Positions 1 through 9,114 of a DNA stretch of 64,000 nucleotides are shown piece by piece; the stretch's first letter is position 1; each line of letters starts with the position of its first letter. A model generated the notes under the pieces. That model was given only the letters and a program-made list of their open reading frames with translations. It ran no database searches and was not told the origin of the DNA. Source of the stretch: Pseudomonadota bacterium (lineage in GTDB: Bacteria; Pseudomonadota; Gammaproteobacteria; Ectothiorhodospirales; Ectothiorhodospiraceae); assembly GCA_051747025.1 (NCBI GenBank), contig JBNJFQ010000012.1, positions 1,529 through 65,528 of the forward strand, given 5' to 3'. A program made the position numbers and the translations under genes.

Positions 1-535
1 CGGATTCGTCGATCTTCTCGCGCGAGAGGACCGAGCCGAACAGGCCGCCGATCAGTCCCATGCGCTGCCACCAGGGCACTGCGCGGTAGGTGCGGCGCAG
101 GGTCAGCCCGATGTCGCGGTCGATCAGGGCCAGCGGCAGACCGTTGTCCAGTGCGCCATCCATGGCCGCGCGCATCTCCGCACCGGGTTCGATGCCGTAC
201 TGGTCCGCCAGACGCTGCTGGTAGGCGCCCAGCGCCAGGCTCGCAGCGATCATCGGGGCATGACCCTGACGGATCACGCTGAACAGGTCCATGCGCCCCA
301 GCGCGTCAGGGTCCAGCATCGCCCGCTGGCGGCTCTCGCACAGTTCGATCGCGACGGCATCGAACTCGCCGGTGTCGATCAGCGCGCGCACCTTGTCCGC
401 GCTGGTGCGCGAGACATGTGCAGTCCCGAGCAGGACCACTTCGGTATCGCCGATCCGGAGGATGCGGTGGGGTTCGTCGGTGATCAGGTTGTGGGCGGCA
501 TTCATCGGGATGTCGGGCTCGTGGTCGGGGGGCAT
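1..535 (-). CDS. TraB/GumN family protein (N-terminal part only; gene runs off the left edge)
   Basis: Own minus-strand translation from ATG at 535 (alternative ATG at 505): MPPDHEPDIPMNAAHNLITDEPHRILRIGDTEVVLLGTAHVSRTSADKVRALIDTGEFDAVAIELCESR... The LGTAHVS N-terminus is typical of the TraB family. The frame is open to position 1, and the gene is missing from the ORF track because it has no stop inside the window. Confidence 0.7.
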   Translation of the reverse strand, partial: MPPDHEPDIPMNAAHNLITDEPHRILRIGDTEVVLLGTAHVSRTSADKVRALIDTGEFDAVAIELCESRQRAMLDPDALGRMDLFSVIRQGHAPMIAASLALGAYQQRLADQYGIEPGAEMRAAMDGALDNGLPLALIDRDIGLTLRRTYRAVPWWQRMGLIGGLFGSVLSREKIDES

Positions 536-600
536 GACAAAGGGGGCGATCCTAGCCCGAATGTTTCCTCAATTGCACGGGCGGGCATGGGCAACGGGGC

Positions 601-692
601 CCCAGGGACACACGGATTAATGTACACGTTCGCTGCTTCGTCGCTTTTGCGTGCGAACAAGGCGCGCGGGGACTGCCGTGCAGTCACCCCGC
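601..692 (+). repeat. Intergenic repeat family, copy A (about 90 nt)
   Basis: Aligns by eye to 9112-9195 (+) and 18511-18600 (-). It shares the 27-nt block GTCGCTTTTGCGTGCGAACAAGGCGCG exactly with copy B, and has an internal inverted repeat GTTCGC...GCGAAC. Confidence 0.8.
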
Positions 693-848
693 TACCGTGA
701 GCCGCAACGCCCTGCGCGCGCCCGTTTTGGTCAATAGCGAGCGGCCGAACACCTCTTTTTTTAACGATCTGTGGGGTTGGTGCCCCTGGTTCCCCGATCC
801 GGTATGCCTGGTCTCGGAGGACATGGGGCATCAACGCGATCGTGTCCA

Positions 849-2003
849 TCAATCCGTGTTTCCCTGGCGCGCCGGTGCGGTGGCATCGCCCTCGAGCAGG
901 GCTTCCGGTAACGGAGTCTCGGGGGGCCGGGGCTCCGCGGGCATGCGCAGGCTCTCGAGGCGTTCGAGCACGCGCAGGGCCCGCTGACGGGCGGAGGTAA
1001 GGCCGGCGTGCTCCGGGGCCAGGGCCAGTCCTTGCTCCCAGATCTGCACGGCCTTCTGGATGCGACCGGCAGTGTAAAGACCCCGCCCCTGCTCGAGCAG
1101 CGCCTCGGCCCGCTGGTCGCGGCGCTCCCGCCATTCCGAGCAAAGTGCCTGGCGGGTGCGTTGTACCGCCTGATCGCGGTCCGGGTCCTGCGGGTCGACA
1201 GACACTCGAGGCTCGCACCACTGGTGTGCCGCCACCAGGTCGTCGTCGGCCAGCGCGTCGCGCAGGTGCTCGTTGATTCGCGCCTGTTGTCCCTCGGAGT
1301 CATCGGGCTGGCGTGCTACGCGCAATGCCTGTTCCAGCTCGCTGATCCGGCCGCGGCGTTCGGGGCTCGGATGCAGCTCCTGGGCGAGACGCAGCAGTTC
1401 CAGGCGCTCGGTGCGGTCAGTGGAATCCGCATGCGCGTCCAGGGCTGCGGCCAGTTCGCGGGCACGGCGGGCCAGCTGGTCCGGGTCGTCGGGCAACTGT
1501 TCGCCCCGGGTAACCAGCGGGCGCATGACCTCCAGCAGCTGCAGCTGGCGCACGAGGGTGCGTGCCTCCATGATGTCGTGGCGTTGTTGCAGGGTTTTCA
1601 GGCCGACCTGGCGCTGGGCCTCGAGTTGCTGCATGTAGCGGCGGCGATCGGGATCCGCGGGCAGTTGTGCATCGGCGCTCTCCAGGACCTCCAGGGCGCG
1701 GGCCACCGCCCCCTCGGCGGATGCTGCCCGGGCGGTGCGCATGGCCTCGGCAGCCGCCTCGCGGGCCTGTGCCTCGAGTTCGGCCCGCCGCTGCTCCCAA
1801 GCGTCACGTGGCTGCAAGTCGTGCTGGTCGATGAGTGCGAGGGCATGCTGCAGGTCGCCCTGTTCCACCGCGCGTTCGATCTGACGCTCGGGCGCAACAG
1901 CGGGTTCGAACACGGCACAGCCGTGCAGCAGCAGTCCGATCAGCACCAGCACGACCGGGCTTTGCCACCAGTGCCGTACTGCAATGCGGCGAAAAGCCAT
2001 CAT
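849..2003 (-). CDS. Hypothetical lipoprotein, coiled-coil/TPR-like
   Basis: 384-aa ORF. The N-terminus has a signal peptide plus lipobox (LIGLLLHGC). The body is Ala/Glu/Arg/Leu-rich helical sequence, and the C-terminus has a TPR-like segment (GRGLYTAGRIQKAVQIWEQGLALAP). Its start overlaps the upstream stop (ATGA at 2000-2003). Confidence 0.7.
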   Translation of the reverse strand: MMAFRRIAVRHWWQSPVVLVLIGLLLHGCAVFEPAVAPERQIERAVEQGDLQHALALIDQHDLQPRDAWEQRRAELEAQAREAAAEAMRTARAASAEGAVARALEVLESADAQLPADPDRRRYMQQLEAQRQVGLKTLQQRHDIMEARTLVRQLQLLEVMRPLVTRGEQLPDDPDQLARRARELAAALDAHADSTDRTERLELLRLAQELHPSPERRGRISELEQALRVARQPDDSEGQQARINEHLRDALADDDLVAAHQWCEPRVSVDPQDPDRDQAVQRTRQALCSEWRERRDQRAEALLEQGRGLYTAGRIQKAVQIWEQGLALAPEHAGLTSARQRALRVLERLESLRMPAEPRPPETPLPEALLEGDATAPARQGNTD

Positions 2004-3394
2004 GCGCTGGCCGTGACTCCGGTGACGCAGCAGACCTCCACAGCGGTACTGACGCCGTGCAGTTCGTGGGTACCGCAGTTGCGGGTCTGAAAGCGTCCCT
2101 TCACCTGTTCGTGCTCCATGAAGCCGGCGGTCGTTACCAGGCCACCCGGGGGGGCCACGGTGACCAGTCGCGCCGCCAGATTAACCGTATCGCCGACCAC
2201 GGTGAACTGCATGCGTTCGCGTGCACCCATATTGCCGGCCAGCATCTCCCCGGAATGCAGGCCAATGCGAAACTCGACCCGGGGCTCCCTGCGTGCCTCG
2301 CGGCGGGCATTGATGGTGGCCACCGTGTCGAGCAGGGCGAGTCCGGTGTTCAGTGCGGTCAGGCGGTGTTCGGGATCCTCGCCGCCGACCCCGAACACCG
2401 CCATGGTGCAGTCGCCCATGTACTTGTCGACGGTTCCTCCGTGGCGGGCGATACATTCGGACATCGGACCGAAGAACTCGTTCAGCATGCGTCCGAGTTC
2501 CTCCGGCGAGCAGCGCTCCGACAGTGCCGTGTAGCCCTTGATGTCGGCAAACAGGACCGATCCCTCGACCGCCCGTCCCCCGAGCTCGACCCGGTCGAGG
2601 TTCTCGAGGATGTCCTGCGCAATGGTGTCCGAGACATAGCGACGCAGTGCAGCCTCGACCTGATCCTTGCGCAGCAGGTCGCGGGCCATGTCGTTGAACG
2701 CGTCGGTCAACTGGCTGATCTCGTCGCGGCGCATCACCACCAGCGGATCCCCGTCGGCATCGTCCAGCGGGCGCATCCGGCTGCGCATGCTGCGCGCGAG
2801 CTGTTCCAGGGGGCGCACCAGGCGTTTGCTGATGTCGATGGCGAGGACCAGGCTCAGCAACAGGACCCCGATCGCGGTGGCGATGCCGACGTTGATAGTG
2901 TTGCGGATCAGCTCCTGCATCGGCGAGCTATCGATATACGCCTCGATGTGCCCGACGCGTACATCCTGGAAGCGGATTTCGCGCTGGTAGGGGGTGGCGC
3001 TGGTGCCGAGTGGCCAGACGCTGTCGCCCAGGCCGGCGGGCGGGGGGGTGCCGGCCGAGGCGACTTCGCCACGGTCGACCGCATAGGCGGTTACCGATTC
3101 GACTCTGCCCTCCTCGACCAGGGAGCCGAGCAGGTTCTCCAGGGTCAGGTAGTCCTCCGCGAGGATCAGTTCCGCCGAGGTGCGTGCAATCGGGGCCACG
3201 GTCAGTTCGGCCTGAACCTGGATCTGGTTGTTCAGCACCGTAGTCGTCTGGTTGAGCACGAACGCCGACAGGGTGCCGATGCCGAGCATGGTCAGCCCTG
3301 CTACCAGTGCCACGATCTTCCAGGCAATCGGCAGGTAGCGAGGGGTGTACTCGCCCGATCGGCCGCTGTGCGGTTGACGGCGCGTGCGGTTCAC
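2000..3394 (-). CDS. Membrane-bound class III adenylate/guanylate cyclase with HAMP domain
   Basis: The catalytic core reads VLFADIKGYTALSE...GGTVDKYMGDCTMAVFG...RIGLHSGEMLAGNMG...FTVVGDTVNLAARL. Two TM segments flank a periplasmic region of about 150 aa, followed by a HAMP-like linker. I moved the start to GTG at 3394 (GTGA overlap with the upstream stop), because the longer track ORF (to 3778) runs through the IMPase gene. Confidence 0.85.
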   Translation of the reverse strand: MNRTRRQPHSGRSGEYTPRYLPIAWKIVALVAGLTMLGIGTLSAFVLNQTTTVLNNQIQVQAELTVAPIARTSAELILAEDYLTLENLLGSLVEEGRVESVTAYAVDRGEVASAGTPPPAGLGDSVWPLGTSATPYQREIRFQDVRVGHIEAYIDSSPMQELIRNTINVGIATAIGVLLLSLVLAIDISKRLVRPLEQLARSMRSRMRPLDDADGDPLVVMRRDEISQLTDAFNDMARDLLRKDQVEAALRRYVSDTIAQDILENLDRVELGGRAVEGSVLFADIKGYTALSERCSPEELGRMLNEFFGPMSECIARHGGTVDKYMGDCTMAVFGVGGEDPEHRLTALNTGLALLDTVATINARREARREPRVEFRIGLHSGEMLAGNMGARERMQFTVVGDTVNLAARLVTVAPPGGLVTTAGFMEHEQVKGRFQTRNCGTHELHGVSTAVEVCCVTGVTASA

Positions 3395-4221
3395 GCGGCG
3401 CCCGTTTCGGTGACGAGGTGCGGTGCCAGCCAGCCGCGCCACTGGTCGAACAGGGTCGCCGAGCGCGCAGCGATGGCCGAGCGCTTGTCCAGCGATCGGT
3501 GGAAGACGGGGCCCCCAGCGGCACAGCTCATGGCGCCCCCGGCGCGCTCCAGCATCAGACTCCCTGCCGCGCTGTCCCACAGCGCCTGCCCTCCATGCAG
3601 ATAGAGGTCCGCGCGGCCGGCCGCCATCCAGGCCCATTCCAGGGCACAGGCACCCAGGTTGCGTTGCGAGCGGAAGGGCGCGGCGCGCGCGAGCGCACTC
3701 GCCAGATCCGGTTGCAGACGCTTGTAGTCGACCAGTGCGATGGCCTGTCCCAGCGTCGCACTGGCCGGGCGGTTGCACGCCGGCGGGGGGGCGCCGTTCA
3801 GTCGCAGGGGCTGGTCGATGCCGGCGGTAAACAGCTCGTCGCGTACCGGGTCGTAGGTGGCCCCGAGGGTGACCCGGCCACCCTCGACCCGGGCCACCGA
3901 GATCGCGAAAAACGGCATACCACCGACGAAGTTGGAGGTTCCGTCCAGCGGATCGACGAGCCAGAAGGCCCGTGCCTGCTCCAGCACACGGGTCTGGTCG
4001 GCACGCGGTTGCTCCTCGCTGAGCACGGGGGCATCACCCCCGTGGGCGCGCAGGAATTCGCGTATCCGGGTGTCCGCCGCGTGGTCGGCCGGGGTAATCA
4101 GGCTGCCGTCCGCCTTGCAGCCGACCTCGATGCCGGCCTCGAAGCGTGGCAGCAGTTCGGACCGACCGATCTCGCGCAATGCGGCGGCAAGGTCATCCAG
4201 GAGGGTCGGGCAAGCTGTCAT
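3391..4221 (-). CDS. Inositol monophosphatase family protein (SuhB/CysQ-like)
   Basis: Has the motifs FWLVDPLDGTSNF and ALWDSAAGSLMLERAGG. The start is set at the internal ATG (MTACPTLLDDL...) at 4221. Confidence 0.8.
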   Translation of the reverse strand: MTACPTLLDDLAAALREIGRSELLPRFEAGIEVGCKADGSLITPADHAADTRIREFLRAHGGDAPVLSEEQPRADQTRVLEQARAFWLVDPLDGTSNFVGGMPFFAISVARVEGGRVTLGATYDPVRDELFTAGIDQPLRLNGAPPPACNRPASATLGQAIALVDYKRLQPDLASALARAAPFRSQRNLGACALEWAWMAAGRADLYLHGGQALWDSAAGSLMLERAGGAMSCAAGGPVFHRSLDKRSAIAARSATLFDQWRGWLAPHLVTETGAA

Positions 4222-4338
4222 CAAGTCGCAGGCCGGGGTCGTGTCGCAAGGCAGGCACCGGTCGATACCGCGTGGGTTGTCGTCATCCCGGGTCGGGGGC
4301 GGGCGCGTCCGGTACAAATGGGATTATCATACCGATCC

Positions 4339-4689
4339 ATGACCGGTTTGATCATAATCCTGGCTCTGGCCCTGGCCGCGGCCTATGTCAATGACAGTTG
4401 GCGCGCCCATGAGCACGCCAGGGGGATCGCCCGGCGTGCCTGCCAGCAGGCCGGAGTGCAACTTCTGGACGGCAGTGTGGTCCGGTCCGGCCAGCGGCCG
4501 GCACGGCGTGACGGGCATCTGGCCATCGAGCGCCGTTATCGATTCGAGTTTGCCACCGACGGGGCCTCGCGGCACCCCGGGGAGATCTCTTTGCACGGTC
4601 GGCGGCTGCGGCACGTGAGCCTGGACTGGCCGGAAGGCCGGGTCGTCGATGGGCACGACCCGTCCGGGCCGGGGCAAGCGGGTCAATGA
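4339..4689 (+). CDS. DUF3301-like small membrane protein
   Basis: MTGLIIILALALAAAYVNDSWRAHEHARGIARRACQQAGVQLLDGSV...: an N-terminal TM helix followed by the conserved basic region I associate with DUF3301. Its stop overlaps the oxyR start (ATGA). Confidence 0.6.
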   Translation: MTGLIIILALALAAAYVNDSWRAHEHARGIARRACQQAGVQLLDGSVVRSGQRPARRDGHLAIERRYRFEFATDGASRHPGEISLHGRRLRHVSLDWPEGRVVDGHDPSGPGQAGQ

Positions 4690-5627
4690 CGCTCAGCGAA
4701 CTGCGTTATGCGGTTGCCGTGGCCGACGCACGGCACTTCGGGCAGGCGGCCGAGGTCTGCCATGTCAGCCAGCCTTCGCTGTCGGTGGCGGTGCGCAAGC
4801 TGGAGGATGAACTGGGTGTGACGCTGTTCGAGCGCGGCCGCGGCGAGGTCAGTGTGACCCCGGCTGGCGAGCAGGTGATCGGACAGGCGCGCCGGGTGCT
4901 GGCGGAGGTGGAGCAACTGCGCTCCATCGCGGTACAGAGTCAGGACCAGCTGGTCGGGCCGCTGCGTCTGGGGGCGATCTACACGATTGGCCCCTATCTG
5001 CTCCCGGAGCTGATCCCGGTGCTTCACGAGCGCGCTCCGGAGATGCCGCTGGTGATCGAGGAGAATTACACCGGGCGGCTGCGGGAGCGGCTCAAGCAGG
5101 GCGAACTGGACGCCATCATCATTTCGTTGCCGTTCGAGGAACCGGGAGTGGTGACGCTGCCCTTGTACGACGAGCCATTCATGGCGGTGCTGCCGGCTGG
5201 GCACCCGCTGAAGGACAAGGATCCGCTGCGGCTCGAGGACATGGCCGACGCAACGTTGCTGATGCTGGGGGCCGGACACTGTTTCCGCGACCAGGTCCTG
5301 GAGCGCTGTCCGGAGTGTCAGCGCACGGTGACCGCGGACGGCAGTACGCCGCGCAACCTGGAAGGTTCGTCGCTGGAGACGATCCGGCATATGGTGGCTT
5401 CGGGGATGGGCGTGACGATCCTGCCGTGTACGGCCGCGGGGGCGGATCGCTATGCGCAGCGCCTGCTGGCCGTGCGACGCTTCCAGGACCCGGCGCCCAG
5501 CCGCCGGGTGGCCCTGGCCTGGCGCGCCAGCTTCCCGCGACCACAGGCCGTCGAGGCGCTGCGCCAGGCGGTCCTGGCGACGCCGCTGACCTGCGTTGAT
5601 TTTGTGCGGCCGGGGGGCGACGGGTAA
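4686..5627 (+). CDS. oxyR: LysR-family hydrogen peroxide-inducible activator OxyR
   Basis: N-terminal LysR helix-turn-helix (LRYAVAVADARHFGQAAEVCHVSQPSLSVAVRKLEDELG) and the redox-Cys context GAGHCFRDQVLERCPEC, corresponding to OxyR C199/C208. Confidence 0.88.
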   Translation: MTLSELRYAVAVADARHFGQAAEVCHVSQPSLSVAVRKLEDELGVTLFERGRGEVSVTPAGEQVIGQARRVLAEVEQLRSIAVQSQDQLVGPLRLGAIYTIGPYLLPELIPVLHERAPEMPLVIEENYTGRLRERLKQGELDAIIISLPFEEPGVVTLPLYDEPFMAVLPAGHPLKDKDPLRLEDMADATLLMLGAGHCFRDQVLERCPECQRTVTADGSTPRNLEGSSLETIRHMVASGMGVTILPCTAAGADRYAQRLLAVRRFQDPAPSRRVALAWRASFPRPQAVEALRQAVLATPLTCVDFVRPGGDG

Positions 5628-6554
5628 TCAGGCCCCGGCGAGGACCCGGTTGCGGCCCGCCTGCTTGGCCGCATACAGGGCCTCGTCGGCGGCCTGGTAG
5701 GCATCGCGCAGGCCGGTGGAGCGGCCGATGGATGTGACCCCGACGCTGGCGGTCACCCTGACCATGCCTTGGGAATCCAGCACGGCATCCTCGCCGGCCC
5801 GGGCGGAGATGCGGATATTCGCGATGGCCAGGCGGATGCGTTCCCCGCATTCCATCGCGGCACTCAGGTCGGCGCCCGGCAGCAGTACCAGGAATTCCTC
5901 GCCACCCATGCGGATGCACAGGTCCGACTGGCGGCTTGCCGCGCGCAGGGCGTCGGCAACCCGTTGCAGCAGGGCGTCGCCGACTGTGTGGCCGAAGCGG
6001 TCATTGATCTGCTTGAAATGGTCCAGGTCAACCGCGACGATTGACAGGGGTCGCTCCTGGCGACGACAGTCCGCGAGCCATCGCTCCCCCTGGATATCGA
6101 ATGCCCGGCGGTTGCCGAGGCCGGTGAGTTCGTCGGTCTCCAGGCACGCATTCAAGCGGTGGAAACGCCAGGCATTGTGCAGCGCGGGTGCGGCCAGTCC
6201 CAGCAGTGCCTCGATCTGTTCCTGTTCATCGTCGCCGAAACGCCGCCCGCGCATCAGGATCAGGGAGCCCATGGTTTCGCCGCCGAAGCTCAGGCTGTAT
6301 TCAATGCGATGCCGGTCCTCCTTGCCGCCCGACCAGGACTCGCTGTCGCCCTCGGTGTAGAAGATCCAGCCGCTGGGCTGGACCTGGGCGCGAAGCTGCT
6401 CCTGGATCCGCTCCAGCACTCCGCCCAAGTCCAGCGTGGCGGTCACCGACTGCAGGAAAGCCAGGGCGTCGAACGCGGGGGTGTCCCGGCGCGCCTCGGC
6501 ACCGCCGTTGCCGGAGATCACTCGCAGGTTGTGTGCGTTACCGTCGCGGTCCAT
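5628..6554 (-). CDS. Diguanylate cyclase (GAF-like N-domain + GGDEF)
   Basis: A-site GGEEF preceded by the I-site RQSD at the canonical 5-residue spacing; also DHFKQINDRFGH and ADEALYAAKQAGRNRV. The stop codon directly abuts the oxyR stop, leaving 0 nt of spacer. Confidence 0.9.
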   Translation of the reverse strand: MDRDGNAHNLRVISGNGGAEARRDTPAFDALAFLQSVTATLDLGGVLERIQEQLRAQVQPSGWIFYTEGDSESWSGGKEDRHRIEYSLSFGGETMGSLILMRGRRFGDDEQEQIEALLGLAAPALHNAWRFHRLNACLETDELTGLGNRRAFDIQGERWLADCRRQERPLSIVAVDLDHFKQINDRFGHTVGDALLQRVADALRAASRQSDLCIRMGGEEFLVLLPGADLSAAMECGERIRLAIANIRISARAGEDAVLDSQGMVRVTASVGVTSIGRSTGLRDAYQAADEALYAAKQAGRNRVLAGA

Positions 6555-6815
6555 GTCCGTCTCGCTTGCCGTAGTGTGACTCGCTGAAACAGAAAGCGAA
6601 AATCATGCCACCTGTTTTTTTGGTTTTTGAACAGTAGGATAGAAAAACACTTCGAGTCGATTCGACGGGATGTCGGCGATCCTGTGCCGCCGGGCGGCAG
6701 GGGTGCGCCACCGGGGTGGCAAGAACTTGACGGTTCGGGATCCGCTTGCAGCTGCGAACGGATCGGTGCCGCACCGGCGGTGCGTGGGCGCAGGGATTTC
6801 CCTACACTGCGCCGC

Positions 6816-8729
6816 ATGATTCGTCTGGACGACATCGAACTGCGGCGTGGTCGGCAGGTACTGCTGCGGCATGCCGAGCTGACCGTACATGCCGGCTGGC
6901 GGATCGGGCTGACCGGTGCGAATGGCTGCGGCAAGTCCAGCCTGCTGGCCGCCCTGCAGGGCGAGCTGAGTCTGGACGCCGGTGGTATCGAGGTCCCCGA
7001 AGGCTGGGTGGTGGCGCATCTGCCGCAGGAGGTGCCGGGCAGCCGGCGACGTGCGGTGGACTACGTGCTGGACGGGGATGCCGAGCTGCGGGACCTGGAG
7101 GCGCGTCTGGAGCGCACCACCGATGGCGAGAGCCAGGCCCATCTGTACGCGGCAGTTGACGCCATCGATGGCTGGACTGCGGAGGCCCGCGCCCGGCGCC
7201 TGCTGGCCGGCCTCGGATTTGCTCCAGCGGATGGCGAGCGACCTTTGGGGGATTTCTCCGGGGGGTGGCGCATGCGTCTGGGACTGGCGCGTACCCTGAT
7301 GACCCGCTCTGACCTGTTGCTGCTGGACGAGCCGACCAACCACCTGGACATGGAGACCATTCTCTGGCTGGAGGGCTGGATCCAGCGCTACCCGGGCACG
7401 GTGATCGTGATTGCGCATGATCGCCGGTTCCTGGATTCGGTGGTGACGCACATCGCGCATATCGAACGCGGCAGCATCTCGTTGTACGCCGGCAGTTACA
7501 CCCACGCCGAGGCCAAGCGCGCCGAGGCAATCGCCCAGAGCGAGGCGTCCGCCGCGAAGGTGGCGGCCGAACGTGCCCACCTGGAGGATTTTGTCCGCCG
7601 CTTTCGCGCCAAGGCGACCAAGGCACGCCAGGCCCAGAGCCGCCTGAAGCGGCTGGAAAGGCTCGACGAGGTCGCCGTGATCCGCGCGGCACGGCCCATC
7701 CACCTGGAGATTCCGACTCCGGAGCGGCTGCCCGACCCCCTGCTGGCACTGGATCATGCCGAGGTGCGTGCCGGCGACCGTATCCGCCTGCATGCGGCAA
7801 GTCTGCGTCTCCGACCGGAGGATCGGATTGGCGTCCTCGGGCCCAATGGTGCCGGGAAGTCGACACTTCTGACCCTGCTGGCCGGCGAACTGGCTCCGAC
7901 CGTGGGCGAGCGCCGGGTGGAACCCAATCTGAAGGTTGGCTATTTCGCCCAGCATCAGAGCGAGCAGCTTGACCTCGACGCGTCGCCCCTGATCCATCTG
8001 CAACGCCAGGATCCGCGCGCCGAGGAACAGCGTTTGCGCAACTTCCTCGGCGGGATGGGGTTCCCCGGGGAAAAGGCGGATGTGCCGGTGGCGCAATGCT
8101 CCGGTGGCGAGCGGGTGCGGCTGGTGCTGGCCCTGCTGATCTGGCAGGCACCGTCGCTGCTGCTGCTGGACGAACCCACCAACCATCTGGATCTGGACAT
8201 GCGTGAGGCGCTGGCCGAGGCGCTGGAGAACTATGCTGGTGGGCTGGTGGTGGTGGCGCATGATCGCGAACTGCTGGCCCGCGTCTGCGACCGCTTCTGG
8301 AAGGTCGAGGCTGGCCACCTGAGCGACTTTGATGGGGATCTGGACGACTATGCCCGCGAGTTGAAGGCCCGCGAACGCGAGAGCGCCGCCACGGACGATC
8401 CGAAAGCGCCCGCCGCGATCGCCACGAGTGCCCCGGCACTGTCACAGAAAGAACGGCGCCAGCAGGCGGCGCAGGCGCGTGCCGCGCTCAAGCCCTTGAA
8501 AAAGCGCGCAGAGCAGGCCGAACAGGAGTGTGCCCGCGTGCAGGAGCGTCTGGATGCACTGGAAACCGAGTTGGCCGATCCGGCGTTGTACGCCGACGAG
8601 GCTGCGGATCGTCTGGCGCAACTGACCCGCGAACAGGGCGAGCTGCGCGGCCGGCTGGAGACGGCGGAGGTCGAGTGGATGGAGGCGTTGGAGGCCCTTG
8701 AGGCGGCGCAGGGAGAACCCATCGAATGA
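6816..8729 (+). CDS. ABC-F family ATPase (YheS-like, two ABC domains + C-terminal coiled coil)
   Basis: Two Walker A motifs (GANGCGKSS, GPNGAGKST), two signature motifs (FSGGWRMRL, CSGGERVRL) and a charged coiled-coil tail. The start is set at MIRLDDIELRRG (ATG 6816), giving 637 aa. Confidence 0.9.
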   Translation: MIRLDDIELRRGRQVLLRHAELTVHAGWRIGLTGANGCGKSSLLAALQGELSLDAGGIEVPEGWVVAHLPQEVPGSRRRAVDYVLDGDAELRDLEARLERTTDGESQAHLYAAVDAIDGWTAEARARRLLAGLGFAPADGERPLGDFSGGWRMRLGLARTLMTRSDLLLLDEPTNHLDMETILWLEGWIQRYPGTVIVIAHDRRFLDSVVTHIAHIERGSISLYAGSYTHAEAKRAEAIAQSEASAAKVAAERAHLEDFVRRFRAKATKARQAQSRLKRLERLDEVAVIRAARPIHLEIPTPERLPDPLLALDHAEVRAGDRIRLHAASLRLRPEDRIGVLGPNGAGKSTLLTLLAGELAPTVGERRVEPNLKVGYFAQHQSEQLDLDASPLIHLQRQDPRAEEQRLRNFLGGMGFPGEKADVPVAQCSGGERVRLVLALLIWQAPSLLLLDEPTNHLDLDMREALAEALENYAGGLVVVAHDRELLARVCDRFWKVEAGHLSDFDGDLDDYARELKARERESAATDDPKAPAAIATSAPALSQKERRQQAAQARAALKPLKKRAEQAEQECARVQERLDALETELADPALYADEAADRLAQLTREQGELRGRLETAEVEWMEALEALEAAQGEPIE

Positions 8730-8751
8730 GGGCCTTGCCAAAAACCGAGCC

Positions 8752-8780
8752 TTGCAGTCGGGTATTTCAGGGTCTATACA
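8752..8780 (+). promoter_or_regulatory. Candidate sigma70 promoter (TTGCAG-N17-TATACA)
   Basis: Hexamers at 8752-8757 and 8775-8780 with a 17-nt spacer, about 38 nt upstream of the ATG at 8818. This is a pattern match only. Confidence 0.3.
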
Positions 8781-8817
8781 CAGGAAGTGAATGCAACCGC
8801 AACGAGGAGTGACCCGC

Positions 8818-9114
8818 ATGAATGCACAGGAACTGAATCGTCGCTGTGTCGAGCTCTTTCACAACCCGGACGCGAAGCTGCATTGCTGGCATCCGCGGAT
8901 GTTCTGGAAGACCAACATGCTGGAGAACCCGAAGCCGGAAGACCTCCAGGAACCCAAGGTCGACCTGCGCGAACTGGAGGTCATGCTCTCCGAGGCGGCG
9001 CATGAGCCCTCACAGTGTGCCGACGATCTGGAGCGCGAGGATCCGGGACGCGTCTCGCTTATCCGGCACATGATGGAACGCGGCGAGATGCCGCTACTGC
9101 ATCGCCCGCACTGA
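8818..9114 (+). CDS. Hypothetical small protein (98 aa)
   Basis: GAGGAG Shine-Dalgarno 8 nt upstream of the ATG, and the third codon position is G/C in most codons. Sequence: MNAQELNRRCVELFHNPDAKLHCWHPRMFWKTNMLENPKPEDLQEP... I do not recognise a family. Confidence 0.55.
   Translation: MNAQELNRRCVELFHNPDAKLHCWHPRMFWKTNMLENPKPEDLQEPKVDLRELEVMLSEAAHEPSQCADDLEREDPGRVSLIRHMMERGEMPLLHRPH

Noticed and set aside
601-692. Apparent peptide conservation across the repeat copies on the reverse strand (FARKSDEAANVYINPCVPG versus FARKSDSSASVCINQCSPQ).
   Set aside because: No ATG or Shine-Dalgarno precedes it, and the third copy has indels that break the frame. The similarity simply reflects the nucleotide repeat.
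5625-5630. The oxyR and GGDEF-gene stop codons abut with zero spacer (TAA immediately followed by the reverse-complement TGA), leaving no room for terminators.
   Set aside because: This is real but commonplace in compact GC-rich genomes, and there is nothing further to test from sequence alone.
6627-6815. Upstream in-frame extension of the ABC-F ORF (TTG 6627), and hairpins in the 6555-6815 spacer as a leader peptide/attenuator like those of antibiotic-resistance ABC-F genes.
   Set aside because: ABC-F homology starts at MIRLDDIEL (6816). The extension has non-coding composition. I could not define a short leader ORF with a Shine-Dalgarno or an alternative terminator/antiterminator pair. The protein looks like housekeeping YheS rather than an ARE type.
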